From: a virus
Virus record (IMG/VR): IMGVR_UViG_3300038560_000007
Span: 1-64,000 of that record
Length of the DNA: 64,000 nt
Reading direction: 5' to 3' (one strand)
The notes beneath the pieces are model-generated. The model was not told the origin of the DNA, searched no databases, and worked only from the letters and a program-made list of their open reading frames with translations. This document shows, piece by piece, positions 59,301 through 64,000 of the stretch. Position 1 is the first letter of the stretch. Each line of letters opens with the position of its first letter. Position numbers and translations under genes: made by a program.

Positions 59301-59940
59301 GATTAGCCTCATTCGTCCAGCCCGATGCCGGGCCGTTCAGCGCTGTCGTGAAGTAGCCGAGACTCAGACCAATCAGGAAGTCAGTTGAGGTAGCAAACGT
59401 CCCAGTCGTGCCCGACGTCTCCGGCGAGGTGCCAGTGCTTGAGCTATACCCGGTCGCCTTACTCGCGCTGTCGTAGCTACCTGTAGCCAGCAGACCGTTG
59501 ACCTCATAGACCCAACACTCGGAGTAGACCGTGCCGGTCGAGAAGGTGACCGTGAAGGTTGTCTGGCCTCCAGACATGGAGTCTTTGGACAGCGTACCGA
59601 TGTAGGCAACCAGGCCGCCGGCTGCCTCGGTGAAGCCATTGTTAGTCAGCGAGGTCGAACCGCAGGTCGCTGAGACCGTAGTACTACTAGTCGACGTCTG
59701 GTAGATAACCGCGATGATGATCGAATTACCGGCTTTAACTGCTGGGATAGTGCCAGACAGGGTCAGCCCAGCTGTCGTGCCGTTGGTCAACGGAGTGAGG
59801 TTGATCAGTGTCGGCCCAGCACCACCACCCTGGAGCCAAATTGGCATTCCGTTTTTACGATAACCAATAAGGTCACCGAACGTGGGCTTGCGGAATGGGT
59901 CAGCCAGAGTACGTCGGGCCGGCTCCAGGTCAACCGTCAC
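56368..59940 (-). CDS. Large repetitive fibre-like virion protein (~37 x 20-aa repeats)
   Basis: ASLSGSGSLTSQPVVNFLET-type repeats, 60-bp period, about 56830-59040. Confidence 0.85.
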   Translation of the reverse strand: MTVDLEPARRTLADPFRKPTFGDLIGYRKNGMPIWLQGGGAGPTLINLTPLTNGTTAGLTLSGTIPAVKAGNSIIIAVIYQTSTSSTTVSATCGSTSLTNNGFTEAAGGLVAYIGTLSKDSMSGGQTTFTVTFSTGTVYSECWVYEVNGLLATGSYDSASKATGYSSSTGTSPETSGTTGTFATSTDFLIGLSLGYFTTALNGPASGWTNEANQTCYTGSEIWGITSYQTATSNAATSYSVTFGTTNYSATGLFAFKAAAGPVAGPPVLSGLHKVRKQWEPTPTKFQAVAPPTTVGFPSGASISGSGQLTAQPVVNFLGAAAISGSGSLTSQPVVNEVEASSLSGAGALTDQPVVNFVETASLSGSGSLSAQPVVNLEDAASLSGSGVLMSQPVVNFLEASSLSGSGGLTSQPVVSFIETSSLSGSGSLTALWTVGVEGAAALSGVGSLTAQPVINFLTAVALSGSGLLTSQPVVNFLTAASISGSGLLTSQPVVNFLETASLSGAGSLTAQPVMNFLGAAALSGTGSLKAYAQVSVILSGSGSLTAQPVVNFLEVASLSGSGLLTAQPVINFASTASLSGSGLLIAQPVVNFFGNASLSGSGTLTSQPVANFIEAASLSGMGGLTSQPVVNFLETASLVGTGSLSATVSTSGSFNATASLNGSGTLTTQPVVNFVSAGTISGTGSLTSQPIVNFFGNAALTGIGSLTSQPVVNFFESSSMTGAGTLTAQPVVNLFGNAALSGLGSLTSQPVVNFKDAASFSGIGTLTSQPVVNFLGASSMSGLGTLTAQPSVNMYQAAALVGLGTLTSQPVVNFLTAASISGAGSLTSQVVVNFLMTSSMSGLGALTSQPVVNFLETALLSGIGSLTANASVSGSFSATASVSGTGTLTSQPVVNFLDASVLTGTGSLTSQALANFLSVAVLSGAGTLTTQPIVNFLTAGVTSGIGALTTQPVVNFLGALTMSGIGSLTSQSITGLPGAATLVGLGTLTAQPVVNFLSGTTLTGVGNLTSQALVTSNIASTALLTGMGYLSATAVVTSTTELEGTPWVSIIQASLWEARIVPCTWTAELTSGIWEAKLMTSTASVFLVSQQNIAINVWGPLGVVLSSLPVKGAFLTTPPPGMGSPDVTGEPTSGQWIGGTWGTNSVQPPYLALIPNTGLTAGTYYAWVQVNSTGTGELPAMYAGVLNID

Positions 59941-59960
59941 GCCTGCCTCCTGTCAGGCGG

Positions 59961-60539
59961 TTAGTTCTCTGCGTAGATCTTGAACTTGTTCAGGTAAAAA
60001 GCGGTAGGTGCCGTGTTGAACAACGACCACAGCTCAAAGTAGTACGGAGTTGTAGGAACCAGCACCACGGCCGTTGCCACTCCAGCCACATTCAAGCCGC
60101 CCATGGTGAAGACCGTCTGAGTCGCAGTCGACAGGTAAACGCCGTATGCGATAGTTCCATCTGCTATCCAGCCAGAGGTAGCTGCCCCGACAGTCACACA
60201 TGCCATGTCGACGTCTAGCTCAAACACACCAGTAGTCTGCGCACCGCTCGCGACTGCCGCTGCGCCCGAGGCCGCAACCACAACCTCACTAGACTGAGAC
60301 CCGGCTGTAACGTCAGCCCCTAGCGTGAGCGTATTGGTATAAGCTCCAGCGACATCGAAGGTGCCACTGCCATGAAACCGCAGTGACTTACCCAGCATGC
60401 GATCTTGCGACCAGAGGCTCGCCAGCGTAACGGGCTCCGCTGCAGCTGCCGAAATCATCGAAACCGCAGCCGTGGTCTTATTCGGACCGATCCCAGGCAT
60501 GGAGTAAATGAGCTCCATGTTCGACCAGATGCTGGTCAT
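59961..60539 (-). CDS. Putative virion protein
   Basis: Beta-rich ORF in neck cluster. Confidence 0.65.
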   Translation of the reverse strand: MTSIWSNMELIYSMPGIGPNKTTAAVSMISAAAAEPVTLASLWSQDRMLGKSLRFHGSGTFDVAGAYTNTLTLGADVTAGSQSSEVVVAASGAAAVASGAQTTGVFELDVDMACVTVGAATSGWIADGTIAYGVYLSTATQTVFTMGGLNVAGVATAVVLVPTTPYYFELWSLFNTAPTAFYLNKFKIYAEN

Positions 60540-60543
60540 GCCG

Positions 60544-61353
60544 TCACCAGGTCGAGGCGTTAGCAGTAATGGACGCGGCCGCGAAGGTAATCGTGTCCGT
60601 GTTGGTAACGGCGTTAGCTATGATCGCTGTCGTCAACGCCCCCCACAGGATCCGAACGGCTGTAGAGGCTCCGTCGTAGACTTCGAGACCGGCCACGCCC
60701 AGTGACCACGTACCGGTCGCAGTCCACTGAACCTGGTTCGAGTTCGACGTCGACCCGGACGCACCTGCGCCGAACGCGTTGGCGCCCATGGACGAGCCGC
60801 CGGTTGCGTTCAGGCCACTCGTGTACCCAGGAGATGTAGCCGCTACGTTCTCAGTACCCGTGGCAGTCTCAGTACCGGTCGTAGACATCAGGTGAAGACG
60901 TAGAGGTGGAGTGATCGTCAGCGTCGTACCACCCGTACCTGGAGTCCACGTAGCCGTCGTAGAGGCGTGCAGAAGGTTCGACAGTAGTGTGTTGACTAGC
61001 GTCTGGTCCGTCATGCCGGCTGCAGCCATCATCAGGCGATAGACAGCGAATGCCTTCAGGAACAGGAGCTGCGTACCGATGAGGCCCAACGGCTTCTTAG
61101 GCACGACCCCCGATCGTGGCATGTTAGCGAACGACCAGTCGAGGCTATAACCGCTCTCGGGGTCATTCACGCAGTCGGGCCCGTGGTCATGCCGGAACTT
61201 AGTCCGATCATAGACTCCGTACATTCCCGTATCAGGGACGTACTTAACTGCAGGATGCCCCGGACCTACGAGGTCATAGGTCCCGCACTCATGGCACGTC
61301 ATCAGCCAGCCGTTCTGAAAGGCTGCGGGCGGTGAAGCTACAGGGGTCGTCAC
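60544..61353 (-). CDS. Putative virion/fibre-associated protein
   Basis: C-terminal EVYDG...RILWGALT...DTITFAAASIT resembles phage fibre-adaptor proteins. Confidence 0.6.
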   Translation of the reverse strand: MTTPVASPPAAFQNGWLMTCHECGTYDLVGPGHPAVKYVPDTGMYGVYDRTKFRHDHGPDCVNDPESGYSLDWSFANMPRSGVVPKKPLGLIGTQLLFLKAFAVYRLMMAAAGMTDQTLVNTLLSNLLHASTTATWTPGTGGTTLTITPPLRLHLMSTTGTETATGTENVAATSPGYTSGLNATGGSSMGANAFGAGASGSTSNSNQVQWTATGTWSLGVAGLEVYDGASTAVRILWGALTTAIIANAVTNTDTITFAAASITANASTW

Positions 61354-61645
61354 GTACTCACCTCTTCTTGGCCTATAATTCGCACTCTAGGAGCGACGCC
61401 AGTCTTCTTCTTTACGGCTGAAGTCACTAGAGACTGAACAGCTTCAATGATGCCTTGATAGTCATCTGCATAGTTGAACGGAACTAGGACGCTCCCGCTC
61501 ACGCCTGTTTTATTACTCGGACTCACAATTACATAACAGGCATTAATCCAAACACCCGTGTAGACTACGCCCTCCTCGGGAGCGTCCATAGAACCTGGAT
61601 GGCCCTGAACGCTCCCGAGGGTGACGTATGCAATCGAAGCTGCCA

Positions 61646-61804
61646 TCAGAACCAATGACTCCGACCACCGACTGCGTGATGTCCTACCGTGCCGACGAGC
61701 AGCAGGATGAGACCGATGACACAGATAATGATGCCGGCTGTAACGAGGATACCGATACCGGCAACAAAGCCGATAATCAGCAGGATTAGACCGAGGATGA
61801 TCAT
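61646..61804 (-). CDS. Small actinobacterial membrane protein (DUF6131-like)
   Basis: MIILGLILLIIGF...GHHAVGGRSHWF. Confidence 0.65.
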   Translation of the reverse strand: MIILGLILLIIGFVAGIGILVTAGIIICVIGLILLLVGTVGHHAVGGRSHWF

Positions 61805-61995
61805 GCTCAGACACCGGCTCCATGACGCCATGGGTACCAGCCCCACGTCAAGTGCAGACACAGGAACGCTGCGCCTGCGAACGCGAAGTCGATCGCGTAC
61901 TTCGCGTCGTGCCCAACTCCCTTGGTGATGATGAACATGATCAGCGCGATCAGGAAACACACGAACGCGATGAGACCGAACATTTTCGCCTCCTA

Positions 61996-62505
61996 CTAAT
62001 AATCAGGCCCCGACGGGAATCCGAAGCCTCCACCAATCGGAGACCATGGGAAGATCCACTCGCCGAAGTTGACTGAGTTCGCCGTGTACAAGTCTTCGAA
62101 CGGACTACGTACATGCAGCGCACGGCTACGGAGCCACGAGACTCGACCCAAGGCCTTCTTAGCCAAAGGGCCAACGGACAACGCATTCGCCTCGACAGGC
62201 AAAGGCTCACGCGTTGTCGGGATCCGCTTAACGTCTAGACGTGTCATGAGATCAGGCTGCTGAGTCATCCAGACCGTCTGGTAACACACAGCCAGCATCA
62301 TGTAGTACATGTCTGCTCCACCAACGTTCTGCCACCAGTTAAAGGTAGTAATCTCATCAGTGGAAGGATCAGTCCAGGAGAAAGAATACGGTCTCCCGGA
62401 GAACAGGTCGATGACGTAGCCGGCGATGGTCACTTGCTGATCTGTAACTGTTACTCCGGTGTACTGCAAAACCTGCTCCGAAGTTGCCCAGGTCGTCTGT
62501 GTCAT
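61996..62505 (-). CDS. Head-to-tail adaptor
   Basis: WAT..QV..YTG..V..A..VIDLFSG; AVCYQTVWM; PLAKKALGRVSW. Confidence 0.75.
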   Translation of the reverse strand: MTQTTWATSEQVLQYTGVTVTDQQVTIAGYVIDLFSGRPYSFSWTDPSTDEITTFNWWQNVGGADMYYMMLAVCYQTVWMTQQPDLMTRLDVKRIPTTREPLPVEANALSVGPLAKKALGRVSWLRSRALHVRSPFEDLYTANSVNFGEWIFPWSPIGGGFGFPSGPDY

Positions 62506-62952
62506 CGCCGGCTACCTCTCCCCTACTGCCTCTCCGCTGCGGAGGGAATCTCCGCCTGCGGCAGAGCGGCCTTGGCACGATCGAGGAAGCTAGGACTAGG
62601 ATCCTTAGCCTTCTCGGCCTCTTCAGCCTCCTGAGCCTTGGTAGTCCCTACAGCCTCACCCGGCGTGACTGACACCGTCGTTGGATAGGACTCACCCTTG
62701 TGAACGAGACCAGCCTCAGCCTCGTCCTCCTCTTCCTCATCATCCTCAGTGACGGTGTCTGGATGTGCCAGAGCCAAGTCCTCATCACTAAGAGGGTTCC
62801 CAGTAACATGGTCACCCTCGAAGTAGACCGGCTGAGCCGTCCCCGCGCCTTCGGAGCGCAGAACCTTACTGAGAAGACGGAACATCTTCTTCTCAGCAGC
62901 CTCGGATGTAGCGTGCCCCTCGGCACGCAAACTCCATGGCATCGATACCTCC

Positions 62953-63762
62953 TTACAGAGCCGTGACGCAGTGGTTGGCGGTGAAGGTTGCAGACCCCGG
63001 CGTGCCGCTCACGATCGCGATCACGTAATACGGGGCCTTGACAGCAACCTCCTTGATGGCGACGTACGCGCCTGCGGCCGAGGTCACGTACGAATCCACA
63101 GGGTCTCCCCCGAAGAACGGAAGAGGGTTCGTAGACACGTTGTACGGAAGCCCCGTAAGGCTCCAGTAGATCTCGAATACCGGAGTCGTGAACGTATCAG
63201 CTGTCACGTTCAGCATGATCGCCAACCGAGAGACAGGCATGGGAGCCTGCTCACTCGGGACCGTTGGCACTGCCGTGATCGCTGAATACGTAGTCGTCGT
63301 AGCCTGCGCGAAGACCGCCGCCAGGGTCGTTGAAGCGACTGCCCCGAAGACGGGAACGCCTCCGACTGCAGAGCTAGCACCCAGAACGAACCCGTCCGGA
63401 GTACCAGAGGCTGCATAACCTGAAGGCATCGCCTGCGCGGTGAACGTGTACGCACCTGTCGTCCACGTCAGTCGGTAGTACGGAGCCTTACAGGTAACAG
63501 TCTTGATGACTTGACCGAGACCGTTCGTGAGCGCTGTGATGTTGACGAATGTGTCCTTCGGATCGGCGGAGTAGAAGTTCACTCCGTCGAAGGACCACTG
63601 CACTTCGAACGTAAGCGTACCGCTCGTGTAGGCAGTGACGTTGACGAGGACAGAGAACGTCGAGGAACCGTAAGGCGCCTCGAGAGCCGCTGTCGCACCT
63701 GAAGCCGAGACGACCGTCGACGGGACGATCGTATCGGCCCAGGCATTGCTTACTCCTGGCAC
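62953..63762 (-). CDS. Two-domain beta-sandwich virion protein
   Basis: Internal duplication VNVTA..FEV.WS..DP.D..K.V..KAPYY. Confidence 0.7.
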   Translation of the reverse strand: MPGVSNAWADTIVPSTVVSASGATAALEAPYGSSTFSVLVNVTAYTSGTLTFEVQWSFDGVNFYSADPKDTFVNITALTNGLGQVIKTVTCKAPYYRLTWTTGAYTFTAQAMPSGYAASGTPDGFVLGASSAVGGVPVFGAVASTTLAAVFAQATTTTYSAITAVPTVPSEQAPMPVSRLAIMLNVTADTFTTPVFEIYWSLTGLPYNVSTNPLPFFGGDPVDSYVTSAAGAYVAIKEVAVKAPYYVIAIVSGTPGSATFTANHCVTAL

Positions 63763-63770
63763 GAACCCTC

Positions 63771-64000
63771 CTAGAAAGCCGTAGGAATGGCGTCGACAGT
63801 GAACGTTGCCGTCCCCGGCGTCCCGACAGTCATAGCAACGACGAAGAACGGTGCCTTTACGGCCAGTTCCTTGATCGCCGTAAACGCGCCGGCCTGACTG
63901 GCAAAGATGTCCGTTGGGTCAGCATGCAGGATATTACCTACACCTCCAACGCCGGTTGGTACCCACAGAACCTCGAATTGTGGCGAGGCAGTCCAGGTGT
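63771..64000 (-). CDS. Partial CDS, paralogue of 62953-63762
   Basis: Translates ..PQFEVLW..ADPTDIF..AIKELAVKAPFFVVAMTVGTPGTATFT..; stop at 63773-63771. Confidence 0.7.
   Translation of the reverse strand, partial: TWTASPQFEVLWVPTGVGGVGNILHADPTDIFASQAGAFTAIKELAVKAPFFVVAMTVGTPGTATFTVDAIPTAF

Noticed and set aside
1-64000. Integrase/repressor (temperate lifestyle) or self-splicing introns/inteins
   Set aside because: No recombinase motifs seen; polA and the helicase appear uninterrupted.

Overview
This window is about 64 kb of a tailed (siphovirus-like) actinobacteriophage genome. The host assignment rests on an Lsr2 homologue and actinophage-type holin, tail chaperone and head-tail proteins. 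The + strand (1-40.3 kb) carries early and replication genes driven by 10 copies of a strong sigma70/HrdB-like promoter (T(T/A)GNNN-N17/18-TATAAT). These genes include an SNF2 helicase, a Cas4/RecB-like nuclease, a Sak4-like ATPase, an SSB, a UDG-PolA fusion, a RuvC-like protein and a 7-deazaguanine pathway (folE, queD, queE, dpdA-like; no queC seen). The - strand (40.3-64 kb) carries lysis, tail and neck genes; capsid, portal and terminase are not in the window. The main discovery is that the first 7.7 kb is punctuated by NINE complete type II hammerhead ribozymes, all on the sense strand, each between a stop codon (or a structured non-coding block) and the next RBS. They would self-cleave the early transcripts into short, mostly 1-3 gene units with uniform 5'-OH hairpin leaders, and might allow some units to circularise. 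The phage also has other unexplained RNA elements: a promoter-driven cluster of six folded domains (about 520 nt, one a cloverleaf ending in ACCA), a tRNA-like element lacking an anticodon stem fused to a hairpin whose loop is antisense to the phage's own early RBS, and a family of long-range closing stems. All protein calls come from motif recognition by eye; no database search was run.
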